DNA from: an uncultured Planctomycetaceae bacterium
Lineage (GTDB): Bacteria > Planctomycetota > Planctomycetia > Isosphaerales > Isosphaeraceae
Reading direction: 5' to 3'
Assembly: GCA_963833985.1 (NCBI GenBank)
Contig: CAWIAD010000001.1
Location: 3,296,001 to 3,360,000, forward strand
Length of the DNA: 64,000 nucleotides
Made by a program: the position numbers and the translations under genes. Every line of letters begins with the position of its first letter. The stretch's first letter is position 1. The notes under the pieces are model-generated. The model was not told the origin of the DNA. It ran no database searches and saw only the letters and a list, made by a program, of their open reading frames with translations. Positions 50,364-61,754 of this stretch are shown here, piece by piece.

Positions 50364-53300
50364 TTATGGCGGTGAGGGGACGGGCGGACGGGCAAGGCTT
50401 TCGATCACGCGCAGGAACGCAGCTTCGGAAGCGTTGATCGACAGTTGTCGGCAACGTCGAGCGGCATCCACCGCCTTGTCCGCCCTGCCAACCTCCGTCT
50501 GCGCCAGGGCAAGCCCGAAGCGTGCGTCAACAGACGCAGGGTCGAGCTCGAGGGTCTGCTGGTAGCCGTGGATCGCCGCATCGAAATCTAGACCGGTGAG
50601 GTCGGCAGTGGCGATGCGCGCCAGCCGCAACGCCGCCGAGGGAGCATCGTTGCCGCGTTCCCAGACCCCGCTCGCCTCGGCAGGCCGACCAAGATGGAGA
50701 AGCGCCAGGGCCACGGCGTCTCGACAGGGCCAGGATGGCTCTGCCCCTCGCGCCTCGGCCAGGCGGAACATCCTGGTCGCCGCTTCAGTCCGGCCGGACT
50801 GGAGCAACCGTGTCACGTCGCGATCCATGCGTACACGGTCGGTTGGGTCCACGAGAGAGGCAACCGGCGCAGGGCCCGAGGGAGTTGCTGGCGACGGCAG
50901 GGCATCATCCATCCGCCGGTCGCGAAGCAGGAAAGTGAGCGCCGAGAGCGCTTCGGGTTCCCCGGGGTTCAGCATCAGGGCGCGCCGGTAACAATAGGCC
51001 GCCTGCGCGAGCAGGAGTCCGCTCGTACGGTCCCAGGGCTCGGCAGGGCCCGCAGGAGGAGTCGTCAGATTGGGGACCATCCCTCGGTAGCAGTTCCCCA
51101 GGAGGCCCCACAGCACAGGATCGCGGGCCTGGGGTTCCGCGGCCATCCCATTCCGCAGTCGATCACACGCCAGCAGCATGAGCGAGAAGCGGAGCGGCCA
51201 GGATGATTCGGGGCGGGCACGCAGGGCAGATCGCAGGCGGTACAGAGCCCTCGCTTCGCCCAGGCCCCAGGGCTCGAAGGGAGCCTTGCGCCCGTCCTGG
51301 CCGGTGAACCCAAAATGGCGGGCGGCAAAGTTTATGCTGGGAAATGCGGCACCCGGCACGTCCTGGGTACGCGCGATAAAAACCGAACCCACGGCATCAT
51401 AGAAAATGCACCGCCAACCCGGGTGCAGCAACAGCGTGGCCTCGGCACCAGCGCTCTTGATGTGGTCCAGCAGGATCAGCGGGTTGCCCATCGCTCGAAC
51501 GGTGCTCTCCCAGTCCTCCCGTCCCTGGATCAGCGACTCATCAACCCGCATGTAGGTCTCGAAAACCTCACGCGGATGCACCTCGTTCTGACAGTCCATA
51601 AACAGCGTGTTCGGCGGGCAGTTGTGAAAGGTATAAACGCCCGCCTGCCGCAGACTGAAGGCCAGGGCACGCTTAGGAAGTCCTGGCTGGCCGGCAAACC
51701 GCGCGGCGTCGTGGGCGTAGGCCAGTGGCGATGCGAAGACGCCGAAGTGCCGGGATTCACCCGTTATGCGTGAGAAGCGGTCCGTCACGATGGCCCAGAG
51801 GAAAAAGACCGCGAACCCGCAAAGTGCCGAGTCAAGCACCAGACTGGCGCGCCCCGGGGGGGCGGGGGCGGAAGCCGTTGCACAAGCGCGGTCTACCGGA
51901 ACGGAGCCCGCGGCCCATTCCCCCAGGTTGCAGGTCAGGACATAGCCCGCGATGAGGGCGAAAAGGCTAATATTGCGAACGGCCTGGAGCGCCAGGTAGG
52001 TGAACGCCACGGCAAGCAGCAGGCGAAAGACCTGCTGGCGACCTCCGCTCCGGAGCGTCAGGAACGCCGCCGCCATGCCGCACCCAGCCGCCAGCCTGCC
52101 GACGCTGGACAGACTGGATGTGCCTGCCCAGTGCATGGGCCCTGCCAGAGATCCCGGAATTGCGGCCGGCTGAAGGTCGAAAAGGTACGCGCGAAGCCAG
52201 AAAACCCATGCAGCCTCGGCGATGCCCCCCAGCAGGGTCAGCAGGGCCGCGGACCCGGATACGGGCACAAGCAACAAGGCGCCCGTCACACCCAGAGCAG
52301 CCAGGGCAAGCGGAGCGATGCACGTCAGCTGCGCCAGCCAGTTCGGCACGGTTGCCGTGGGCAGGCTCAGCACGACAGCGCCGATGCAGAGAAGAGCCAG
52401 GCCAAGTCCAGCGCCCGGGCCGAGCGACGACGCCAACGTTGCGCGGTGCCTCGCGTGGCGGCGGATGTAACGCTCCATTGCCGGGATCAGGAAGCTTAGC
52501 GGCAGAGCCCCCATCAGGAATAAGGCACATCGGTAGTAGAGGTTGCTGGCCATCACGGACACGCCAAAGCGCTCGATACTTGCCTGAAGACTCATGTATT
52601 CGACGATCGAGGTCCTGTAGACCCCGCCCCACGGTGCGATCTTGGGAAGGATCTCCAGCGGAAAGAGAACGCCCCGCAGGCCATAGGGATTGACCAGGCA
52701 CGCGGCTGCGACTGCGGCTGTTGCAGCGATCGCGTGCCGGGAGCGGTCTGTGGTGCCTGCCTCTCCCCCCCCCCGTCTTCTGGTATCCGGCGTGGTGACC
52801 CGATCCACCCAGTACGCTCCCAGAATGAGCGGGCCCATGATGAAGAGGCCATGCATGTTGATCCAGAAAACCTGCACGACGGGCAGAATCCAGCAGAGTC
52901 GCGGCCTGCGATCCGCATGAAGGAGGACCGCGAGAAAAATCGCCATACAGAGTAACGAAAAGAGTCGGGCGCGGCGCGGCACGTTGAGCCATGGCCACCA
53001 TGGCCGGCAGCCAGCAAAACGCCGCTAGCCACAGGGGGCAGCGACGGTCGCGGGCAATCAGGTTCACAAGGAGAGTTGCCGTGCTCAGAGCCGCCGCCAG
53101 GAGGATGGTGCCGCCAATGCCGCCGAGCGCGAACGTGGCCGCGAGGCTCAATTGAAAGAGCCAGTGCAGATCAACCCAGGGGCGGTCCGTCGATGCGAAA
53201 CTGAACGGGTCGTGTGCGGGGACTTTCCCCTGGGCCCAGATCCACTGGCCAGACTTGAGGTGCCACCAGAAGTCGGAGTCGTAAAGTTCCTGGCAGCCCA

Positions 53301-53376
53301 GCGCGAAGGCGCACGAAAGCAGAAGGACCGTGAGAGTTGCCGCGAGAATGCGCTGGGCGTTGGTAGGAATGGCCAT
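50364..53376 (-). CDS. Polytopic membrane protein (GT-C-like) with C-terminal TPRs; apparent frameshift at about 52965
   Basis: DSDFWWHLKSGQWI..DPFSF..WVDLHWLFQ in ORF 51967..53457. At RP(E)LFSLL the frame switches to ORF 50364..52982 (WINMHGLF, LVNPYG, AVRNI, TPR-like end). Confidence 0.8.
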
Positions 53377-53809
53377 TTGGCACGCTGCCTCGCCCGGCTC
53401 CAGGATTGGCAGGCGTACGGTGGTTAAGGACGAAAGCACATCATTATAGGTTGACACCTGAGTTAAGTGGACGTCCAGATGTGCCCACTTGAAAGCGAGT
53501 CAGAAGAACGATTCCGACCACGCAGGCACGTACCACAGGCTAGCCTGGAGTGGTGTGCGTCAGACCTGATTGTCGAAGATCATCCCACGCGAGCTGGGCC
53601 CTGTCAATCTGGCAGGAAACGGAAATGGCGCATTGCTAAACGACGGCAAGCGCGTGCTATCGCTTGAGGACCTGTTGGACCTGAGAGCGCAATTCCATGG
53701 GTTCGAGCGTCCGTCCTGACTTGCCAGTCCAGGCAAGGCTGGCTTACCCTGGAATCGCCAGGAGAGAGTGTCTGCGGGTGAGCCAATGGACTTGAAGGAT
53801 CGGCGGGGA

Positions 53810-54613
53810 ATGAACGCAGCGTGGGGTGACGGCAGCGAGCTGGAGTTCGTCAAGGCGATAGCGCGCGAGGCGGCGGGCAGGGCGCTGGCCCAGGCGAAAC
53901 AGGTGACGCCCGTCGAGAAGGCGAACCAGAGCTTCGTCACCAGCCTCGATTTCGAGCTCGAGCAGTTCCTCCGCGGCCGGCTCGCGGCCGAGTATCCTGA
54001 CGACCAGCTCACGGGCGAGGAGTACACGGCCGGCGGCGGCGCGGGACCCCGGCGCTGGTCGATCGACCCGATCGACGGCACGGGCAACCTCGTCCACGGC
54101 TTGCCGCTGTGGGCCATCAGCATCGGCCTCATCGAAGACGGCCTCCCGGTCCTCGGCGTCATCGCCATCCCTCCACTGGGCGAGCTTTACTGGGCCGTCA
54201 AGGGGCAGGGGGCGTTCCTCGACGGCCGGCGGCTCCAGGCCCGGGACAGCGATTCGATCCACACGCAGGACAACATCTGCCTGGGCACCAACGCGTTGCG
54301 GGCCATCGACACGCGCACCTTTCCCGGACGCCTCCGGGACCTGGGAAGCGCCTGTTGCGAGCAGGTCTTCGTGGCGGCCAACCGCCTTCAGGCGTGCACC
54401 TTCCTTGGGGAGCAGACGCACGACGTGGCCGCCGGCGCGGTGATCGCCAGCGAGGCCGGATGCGTCTTCGGAACGCTTGATGGCGAAGCCCTGAGGCCGG
54501 CCGAAATGGTTCGCCGCACGCCGATCACCACTCCCACCTTCGTCGCCCCGCCCCAGCGGCTGGCCACGCTCCAGCGCCTGGCCCGCCCGCTGCCGCCCCG
54601 GGAGCGCTCCTGA
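53810..54613 (+). CDS. Inositol monophosphatase family protein
   Basis: VTSLD, GEE, WSIDPIDGTGNL, RDLGSA, HDVAAG. Confidence 0.93.
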   Translation: MNAAWGDGSELEFVKAIAREAAGRALAQAKQVTPVEKANQSFVTSLDFELEQFLRGRLAAEYPDDQLTGEEYTAGGGAGPRRWSIDPIDGTGNLVHGLPLWAISIGLIEDGLPVLGVIAIPPLGELYWAVKGQGAFLDGRRLQARDSDSIHTQDNICLGTNALRAIDTRTFPGRLRDLGSACCEQVFVAANRLQACTFLGEQTHDVAAGAVIASEAGCVFGTLDGEALRPAEMVRRTPITTPTFVAPPQRLATLQRLARPLPPRERS

Positions 54614-54615
54614 CC

Positions 54616-55085
54616 ATGAATCGCGTCATCGCCCGCCTTCCCGATTCGATCCCGGAGCTTTGCCTGGTGCGGCTGGGACTCCAGGTCAAGAGTCTCTCGG
54701 GCTGGCTCTTCGGCGCCGGCTACGATCGGCCATCGCGGCCGAGGCCCGCCGCGCCGTCGCCGAGGACAGCGGACTGCTGAGCTGCGATCTCTTCGCGATC
54801 ACACTGGACCATTTCGGCGTCCTGCAATACTGGCGCAGCTTCGATGACCTGGAATCCTGGGCGCGCCGGCCGCCTCATTCCGAGTGGTGGGGCAGCGCCG
54901 TGGACCGGATGCGCCGCAAGCGCGACATCGGCATCTATCACGAGACCTTCCTGGTGCGAGCCGCCGATATCGAGTCCATCTCCATGAATTGCAGCCCCGC
55001 GGGCCTGGCCAGCTTCGGTCTGCTGGGCGAACCCGTGGGCCCGATGACCACCAGCCGGGGCCGGCTGGGGCGAGCCAGGTCGTGA
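54616..55085 (+). CDS. DUF4188/aldoxime-dehydratase-like small protein; apparent frameshift at about 54712
   Basis: Starts MNRVIARLP..LCLVRLGLQV 2 nt after the upstream stop and continues LQYWRSFDDLESWAR..PHSEWW..GIYHETF in another frame. Confidence 0.75.
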
Positions 55086-55093
55086 GGCCAGCC

Positions 55094-55561
55094 ATGGGCT
55101 ACTGGGGCGTCCGGAGCTACGAGAACGACGACGCGGACGATGCCCTCGACGCCGGCTTCGAGGACGTCCACGGCGCGCTCTACGAGGAGCTGATGGACGA
55201 CCGCAACCCCCTGTCGCTCGAGCAGGTTCAGAAACGACTGGCCGATGCGCGCACCCTCTGCGCGGCCGTCGCGGCTCTGGAAGAGATGGTGGGCGCACCC
55301 TTCGGGCCAGACCTGGAAGCCTGGGACGACGCGGCCCGCCTGGCGCTGGCCGGGATCGTTGTCCGCCACGCCGAGTGCGGAGTGGCCATACCGGAACCGC
55401 TCCGTGCACGCGCCGTCGCCTGGCTGGAGAATGAGGCGATCGAGTGGGAGGAGGCCACGAAGCGGCAACTCCGGCGCGACAAGGAACTCTCGCTGCTGCG
55501 CAAGGCGCGGACTACAACAGCAGCGGGCGATGGGCCGTACCCAGCTTCGCCCGAGTCATGA
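55094..55561 (+). CDS. DUF4259-like hypothetical protein
   Basis: MGYWGVRSYENDDADD N-terminal signature. Confidence 0.75.
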   Translation: MGYWGVRSYENDDADDALDAGFEDVHGALYEELMDDRNPLSLEQVQKRLADARTLCAAVAALEEMVGAPFGPDLEAWDDAARLALAGIVVRHAECGVAIPEPLRARAVAWLENEAIEWEEATKRQLRRDKELSLLRKARTTTAAGDGPYPASPES

Positions 55562-55592
55562 TCTTCACACAGTGAACCAACAGGGAACCGCC

Positions 55593-55913
55593 ATGAGCAT
55601 CATCATCAAGGAGTCCCGCACCGGCACGGTACTGGCGCAGGGCGAGCCAGGAAATGACGTGATGAACTACGAAGGGAACCTTTATTTCGCGCCGTCGGCC
55701 GTGAACCAGCAATCGCTCAGGGTCACGGAACGGACCTACACGTGCCCGGTCAAGGGCACCTGCAACTGGGTCGATTTCGCTGCCGCGGACGGTGGCGTGG
55801 TGCGCGACGTGGCCTGGGTTTATCCGCGGGTCAAGCCGGGCCATGAGGCAATCCAGGGCCGATTCGGCTTCTACGCCGGGACCCGTGGAAGCACGCGTCA
55901 GGAGCAGGCATGA
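55593..55913 (+). CDS. DUF427 family protein
   Basis: EGNLYFAPSAV, TCPVKG, VAWVYP. Confidence 0.85.
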   Translation: MSIIIKESRTGTVLAQGEPGNDVMNYEGNLYFAPSAVNQQSLRVTERTYTCPVKGTCNWVDFAAADGGVVRDVAWVYPRVKPGHEAIQGRFGFYAGTRGSTRQEQA

Positions 55914-56331
55914 ACGGTGCGCGGGTGCTGCCGGCGAGAGTCCGCAGCACCCCTCGATTTTTCCTGGAGGCAGTGCGTTTCGTACGTTATAGTCTTGGTA
56001 ACAGGTCGGGCTCTTGCGGTCCGGCCGCCGTCGGATCTCCTGGTCACCGGACCGGGGGCGGGCTGAGCTTGATTTTGGACCTTGCCGCGCACCAGCGGCT
56101 GCGATCGCAGCCTCCCACTCCCGGGCCAGCCACTGGCAAGTCCGGGCACGAGGCAATTGCACGATCGTCAGTCCTGTTGTCACACCTCCCGATCCCGGAC
56201 CTTTCGGACAAGCGGAAGCTGGCTCGCAGCGAGGCGATCCACCGCGGCGACGAAGGGTCCGGGCTGACGTTTTTCCGGCACCCCAGCAAACCGCTGGCCC
56301 GGCGGAATTGCCGGGGTGGGACGTGCGTGCG

Positions 56332-58145
56332 ATGACGCCTCCCTCACTCGCCGCAAGCCACGACCTACCGATCGATCCCGCACAGCCGCCCCTTGCGAGC
56401 GACAGCCGCAGCCGTCGCCGCCTCGTCACCGGCTGGTTGCTCGTCGCGGCTCTGCTTGCGCCGGTGACCGTTGCCATCTGGACTGTCCCGGGATTCTCCA
56501 CCCAGGACGGCCCGGCCCACCTGTACAACGCCTGGATCCTCGCGCACTCGTTCGACGCGGAATCTCCCTACCGGCCTTTTTTCCAGGTACACTGGCAACC
56601 CCTGCCGAACTGGGCGGGACACCTGGCCCTCGCGGTTCTTGTCCGCCTGGTCACGCCGGCCACGGCGGACCGGCTCATGATCACGGTCACCCTGCTGGGA
56701 TTTGCCGGCTCGCTGGTCTGGCTGCGCTGGCGGATCCGTGGGAGCGAGGCGCTCGCCGGAAGCTGCGTATTCATCGCCTGTCTGACGCCCAACTTCCTCT
56801 GGCTCATGGGATTCTCAAGCTTCCTGCTGGGCTGTTGCCTCTTTCCGATCACGATCGGCGTGTGGTGGGGCGGGCGCGATCGTCCGGGTGTAGCACGCAT
56901 GCTCAGCCTCGCGGCCCTGCTGGTGCTCGGGTACTTCTGCCACCTGGCAAGCCTGGGCCTGACGGTCATCGGCCTGGCGTTCCTTGCGGCCTTCGCGCCT
57001 CCGGAAGTCACCACCCCGAGGGCCTGGAGGTCGTGTGCATCACGGCTTTCCCGGACGGCCCTTTGCCTGGCCCCCTTGGTGGCGCTGCTCGTGGTTTACC
57101 TCCGGCTCTCGCGCCAGGGGGGACCCATGCAGCCGCACTGGCCGCATCTGGCAAGTCTTGGTGGACTCTCGGTCTGGACGGCCAGACTGGGCTGGGTGGA
57201 TCCGCTGACCCTTTCCAGGAAGGTGGCCCTGCCATTCACCGAGCGGACCAGCCCGACCTTCGCCATCCTCGCCCCGGTGCTCTGGCTCGGCATGGCCGGC
57301 CTCTCGTGCCTGGAGGCGAAAGTGATCAATCGCCTGGCGCGCTGGCAGCAGCGCTCGGCCCGTGGTGAACGGATTGACACCAGCGCGCCCGAACCCGCCG
57401 ACTCGACCCGGACCACCAGGCGGGTCTGGCTGGCCCTTGGCGTACTGTTCATTCTGGGCGGCGTTCTTGGCCCGGACTCGCTCGGACCGGGGCACGGTGA
57501 ATACCTGCCGCAGAGGCCATTCCTGCTTGGACTTGCGGCGCTGGTCCCGGCCCTGGATTTTCCCCGCGGTGCTCGATGGGGACGCCAGGCCATCGGCTGC
57601 CTGGGAATCGCGCTGGCACTCCAGACCGTCATCGTCTGGGATTACGCCTGGCATTGCCAGCGCACCGCGGCTCAGTTCCCCCGGGCGGCAGCCTTGGCCG
57701 GCCGGAACCAGCGGATCGCCCCACTGCTCACGGCCATCCGCAGCCGGTTCCGGGCCAATCCGCTCATGCATGCGGATTGCTGGCTCGGTATTGCCACCGG
57801 CAACATTCTCTGGAGCAACTACGAGACGCGCTACTACTACTTTCCGGTGCAGTTTCAGCCGGGCCTGGATCGCACCGACCCGAAGGATTACGAGTACCTC
57901 AGCCTGCTGTCCGACCCGCGCCCCGCGCCGAATGCGCGCGGCTGTGGGAACAGATCCTCACCCGCCACCACGCGTCGATTGACCGGGTCGTGGCCTGGAA
58001 ACGGCAGCCTCTGCTCGACGCGATCACGGCACGCTGGTATGACCTGGTGGCGACGGAGGGCGACGTGCGAATCTTCGCGCGCCGCCCAGTGGCCGCGCCA
58101 GAAGCTTCTCAACGAGGTGGCGAAACGACAACCGCTACAAAGTGA
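56332..58145 (+). CDS. Polytopic membrane protein (GT-C-like); apparent frameshift at about 57925
   Basis: QDGPAHLYNA, PLPNWAGH, MGFSSF, NYET..YYFPV. The C-terminus continues ARLWEQIL..IDRVVAW..GDVRIFARR in ORF 57576..58145. Confidence 0.75.
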
Positions 58146-58176
58146 TCGGGAGGCGAAGAATTACCCCCGCCCGCGG

Positions 58177-58635
58177 CTAGCCTTTCTTCGCCTTCTTCAA
58201 CTCGAAGAGATACACCTCGTCGGGCACCGGCTCGAAATCCTTGGGCCGGTCATGACCGGGCATGGAAACCGAGATCACCAGCTTCTCGCCTTCCAGCTTG
58301 TAGATCGCCTTGCCAGTCTTGCCCTTGGACTCCTCGGGACCTTCCGAGATGGCAATATCCAGCGTGGAATGCGGCTTGGCGTGGTCGTCCAGTTTCACCT
58401 TGCCGACATACTCCATCCCGTTGACGTTTACTTCAACCGTCTCGCCCTTGAACGTCCACTTGGCGTCCAGTGGGTCATTTTCTGACGTTGCCCAGGTTCC
58501 CTGGATTGCCTTGAGCGCCGGCGAATCGGCCGACTCGTCCGCGGCAGCACTGAGGGGGGCCAGTCCCGCGGTCGCTGCCAGCAAGGCCAGGGTGCATCCG
58601 AGAGCAAACCCAAAGAGGCGATTTGTCACTACCAT
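58177..58635 (-). CDS. TIGR03067-type planctomycete secreted domain protein
   Basis: Signal peptide; IQGTW, KLD..KP..LDI, GKT.KAIYKLEGEKL.I, RPKDF. Confidence 0.85.
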   Translation of the reverse strand: MVVTNRLFGFALGCTLALLAATAGLAPLSAAADESADSPALKAIQGTWATSENDPLDAKWTFKGETVEVNVNGMEYVGKVKLDDHAKPHSTLDIAISEGPEESKGKTGKAIYKLEGEKLVISVSMPGHDRPKDFEPVPDEVYLFELKKAKKG

Positions 58636-59022
58636 GGTCAGGTTCTCTTGTTGTGGGACGTCCACCGGACGATGATCTGTTCCAGTTCCGGTCACCGGCG
58701 CTTCAACCATTGAAAGCGGCGGAGCTTGTGGACCAGCGAATTGAATCATTTCCTCGGCGCACCTGCAAGGGAGTCTTCCGCCAGGGATACCAGGGCGCTT
58801 ATAATTGGGCGATTGCACCGCAGTATCGTTTCGTCACAGTCTGCCCGGAGCCGCGGGTTCGCTGTTCAGGCCTCCGGGCCACGACCCGGTTGGCCCTATC
58901 AAAGGGAATCGCTGGATCGCCATCGGACGCGGACAGGTAGTGGACCTCTTGAAGGCTGGCATGGGCGCAGGGAGGAATCTCTACCGATCATGAGCGGGGC
59001 AGAGCGAATATCAGCTCGGGTC

Positions 59023-59964
59023 ATGCAGGCGCGGCGCATCATGCTTGCCGTCGGGCTGGCACTGCTTGTCTCGGTCGGCGATCACGCCTGCCGGAGCGAC
59101 GAACCCGACCCCGATACCGCGACGACAGCCGGGCACATCGTCAAGCCGCAGGCTGCGGTCCCGTCCACTGGTCCCCGACCGCCTGACGCGGTCCGGGAAT
59201 CGGACAACTGGACGTTTCGCGCCACGGTCCTGGTACGCCGTGGAACGTCCCAGGGATCCGGCACCATCATCGCATCGCTCGACGGCGAGACGCTGGTCCT
59301 CACCGCCGCGCACGTGATCCGTGGCCGCGGTCCGACGACCGTGGAGCTGCACCGGTACAACCTGGGCATCGAGCGCCAGCCCGCCCTGCCCGGGCTCTGG
59401 CCGCGTAAGGTCCCAGCCGAGACGGTGATCTCCGACGGAGTTTCGGACCTGGCCATCCTCCGGCTCCGCAACCTGATCACACTTCCTTACGTGGCGCGGC
59501 TGGGGCGGGACGAGCAAGAGGTCGCGCCGGACACGGGGCTGGTCTCGGTGGGGATCGACCTGGGAACCAAGCTCTCGAGCTGGAAGACCCGGCTCGTGGA
59601 GGTTCTCTGGTTCGAGCTCAATGACAGCGGGACCGACCGGCCGTTTCTCGTCACCGCGCGGATTCCGGAACACGGACGCTCGGGCGGCGGGCTTTTCGAC
59701 ACCGAGGGGACCCTCGTGGGCGTCTGCGTGGGCCATGCCGAGCTGGTCAAGGGGCGCCGCATGGGGGTCTTTTCCTCCGTCGAAAGCCTTCGCCAGTTGC
59801 TTCGCGAGCATGCACTGCTGTCGATCGTTGAGCAGTCCGACGCACGGCATGCGCGCTCGGCGCTGCGATACAGAGAGCCGCCGGGTCATCGGCCTGCGCG
59901 GCCCGCGCCTTCTGACGTCACGACCACGGGAGCCCGGCAGGACCCTGTCTTGAGCCGGCCCTGA
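59023..59964 (+). CDS. Trypsin-like serine protease
   Basis: GSGTII, LTAAHV, DLAIL, GRSGGGLF. Confidence 0.88.
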   Translation: MQARRIMLAVGLALLVSVGDHACRSDEPDPDTATTAGHIVKPQAAVPSTGPRPPDAVRESDNWTFRATVLVRRGTSQGSGTIIASLDGETLVLTAAHVIRGRGPTTVELHRYNLGIERQPALPGLWPRKVPAETVISDGVSDLAILRLRNLITLPYVARLGRDEQEVAPDTGLVSVGIDLGTKLSSWKTRLVEVLWFELNDSGTDRPFLVTARIPEHGRSGGGLFDTEGTLVGVCVGHAELVKGRRMGVFSSVESLRQLLREHALLSIVEQSDARHARSALRYREPPGHRPARPAPSDVTTTGARQDPVLSRP

Positions 59965-59973
59965 AGGGGTGCC

Positions 59974-60417
59974 CTACTGGCGACGGGACGGCACCCGTAT
60001 CAGCATGACCAGGAAAACCGCGGCGAGGATGCCGAAGATGACCATGCTGTGAGGGCTGTGCTCCAGCCAGGCGAGCAGCAACAGCAGGCCGGACACGAAG
60101 AGCCCCGTGGAGATGATCAGCCGGGCGGGACTTGAAGCCTGGGAGGCCTGCACCGCGGCCTTGATGCGTGCGGTCGTTTCGTCCGCCGTGCCAGCCGTGC
60201 TGGCGAGCTGTGGCTCGGGCTGGTGACCGTTCTGCCCCACCGCCGGAGCCACCGCGCGGCGTTGCCTCCGGCGTCTGGTGGAACGCTCCGGAGGCAGCCA
60301 AGGCAGGCCGCACTCCGGACACAGCATCCAGCCTCCCCACGGCTTCCCTGCATCTACAAGACTCGCATGGCAGTGAGGGCAGGAGAGGACTGAAGGCACG
60401 ATGATCTCGGTGCTCAT
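59974..60417 (-). CDS. Zn-ribbon protein with two C-terminal transmembrane helices
   Basis: CPHC...CPEC, then two hydrophobic helices. Confidence 0.7.
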   Translation of the reverse strand: MSTEIIVPSVLSCPHCHASLVDAGKPWGGWMLCPECGLPWLPPERSTRRRRQRRAVAPAVGQNGHQPEPQLASTAGTADETTARIKAAVQASQASSPARLIISTGLFVSGLLLLLAWLEHSPHSMVIFGILAAVFLVMLIRVPSRRQ

Positions 60418-60560
60418 GAACAGGCTCCCTTACGGTCCGATCGAGCTTCATGCATCGAGGAAGCCGGGTGATAACAAATCGCTTCCCATTTTATCCACCC
60501 ATCCTGTCTGCCTCACTCAATCCTCCTCGAATCCCTCCGACGCTCGCGTGGGTGTTCAGA

Positions 60561-60908
60561 TCAGATGCCCAAGAGAACTCGCAGGCGATATTCGATCTTT
60601 TCCATGATCTCGGGCGAAACCATCCCACGTCGTCGAGTCATTCGTTCGAGTGAGATCGACCGCATCGCCTCGCACATCGCGAAACTCCGCGTTTTGCATC
60701 CGCCTTCACCGGCTTCGATCGTGACCCATGATCGGATGTTCCTGTTCTTCGATGTTATTGGCACGACGAGCACGAGGCCGCTCGGACCCTGGTTGAACTC
60801 GTTCACTGAGACGACCAGAGCCGGGCGTTTCCCACCTTGCTCGTGACCGAGGACCGGATTCAACTCGACGTCCCATACCTCACCACGGACTGGCTTATCA
60901 TGAACCAT
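60561..60908 (-). CDS. mazF: MazF/PemK-family toxin (type II toxin-antitoxin)
   Basis: RGEVW.V.L.P..GHEQGGKRPALVVS, VVPITSK. Confidence 0.95.
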   Translation of the reverse strand: MVHDKPVRGEVWDVELNPVLGHEQGGKRPALVVSVNEFNQGPSGLVLVVPITSKNRNIRSWVTIEAGEGGCKTRSFAMCEAMRSISLERMTRRRGMVSPEIMEKIEYRLRVLLGI

Positions 60909-60913
60909 CTAGG

Positions 60914-61165
60914 CTATTCCTGAAGGCCATCGGAGAGCGTGGCGTCCCATGCTTTCCTTTCCTGTTGTTCTTCCTCCCAGGCAGCTCGATTCTGTCGCAA
61001 GGCGGCAAAGTCTCCATTCAGGCCAGCAAGAAAGCTCGACCGCTGGTAAGCCTCGATTGCCTTGTCCAGAACTTCCGTCATGGACACGTCAGCCTCTTCG
61101 GCCAGCGAACGGAGTACCGCATGAGCGGAACGCGTGATGCGCACAGTGAGGCTTTCGTTCGTCAT
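60914..61165 (-). CDS. Ribbon-helix-helix antitoxin
   Basis: TVRIT..AH..L..LA...SMTEVL..AIE with an acidic tail WDATLSDGL; ends 5 nt upstream of the toxin start. Confidence 0.88.
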   Translation of the reverse strand: MTNESLTVRITRSAHAVLRSLAEEADVSMTEVLDKAIEAYQRSSFLAGLNGDFAALRQNRAAWEEEQQERKAWDATLSDGLQE

Positions 61166-61292
61166 GAGATTCTCTCCGCGACGTATGCGCGGAGCGTCCT
61201 TTCCAGATCTTGCTTGCCTTGGTTCGTTGCGACCACTGGCTATAACGGATCGACCGAGTTTTCAGCGCCCCTCGTATGCCCGGCCTGTCTAC

Positions 61293-61303
61293 AGTATAGT
61301 ATA
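61293..61303 (-). promoter_or_regulatory. Possible -10 element or operator of the toxin-antitoxin operon
   Basis: The minus strand reads TATACTATACT (two overlapping TATACT) about 130 nt upstream of the antitoxin. There is no convincing -35. Confidence 0.3.
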
Positions 61304-61754
61304 CGTCAGCGCCGACAGAAACCACGACAGAATCTTGGACCCAAGCGTTTCGCGGCGGGTCAGAACGTGAGCACCCTCAAGTCGCGGTCGAAGGATCGAA
61401 CGGGCTCGGCTGGTCACCAGCCCACGACGCTGGCGAGAATACAGGCTCGCGAGCACGCAGTCGCGGGTTCCGTAGAGCCTTGAGCTCCCTGACGAGATGC
61501 CGTTTGGAGTGACCCCAGGCCGGTGCAGCGGACGGTGCCACGGGCTGGACTGGAGCAGGCGATACCCGGGCGTGGGCAAGGAGATTCTGAGCTTAACCTG
61601 GGTAGCGGGGAAAGTTAGACTCCGGATGGTGGATGGGCGTCTGGCGGGTCGGCCCAATGCAACCGTGCACCGGCCCGCACGCGCGCGATCCGGGAATGCG
61701 GCCGCGACCCTCGGGCGGCAGCTTCCACCTCATGCTGATCTCGAAAGGAAGACC

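Noticed and set aside
53460..53760. tRNA or ncRNA in the intergenic region
   Set aside because: Only isolated hairpins are present, with no cloverleaf or correctly spaced T-loop and acceptor stem.
60561..61165. Mobile element around the toxin-antitoxin pair
   Set aside because: No transposase, integrase or terminal repeats were seen.
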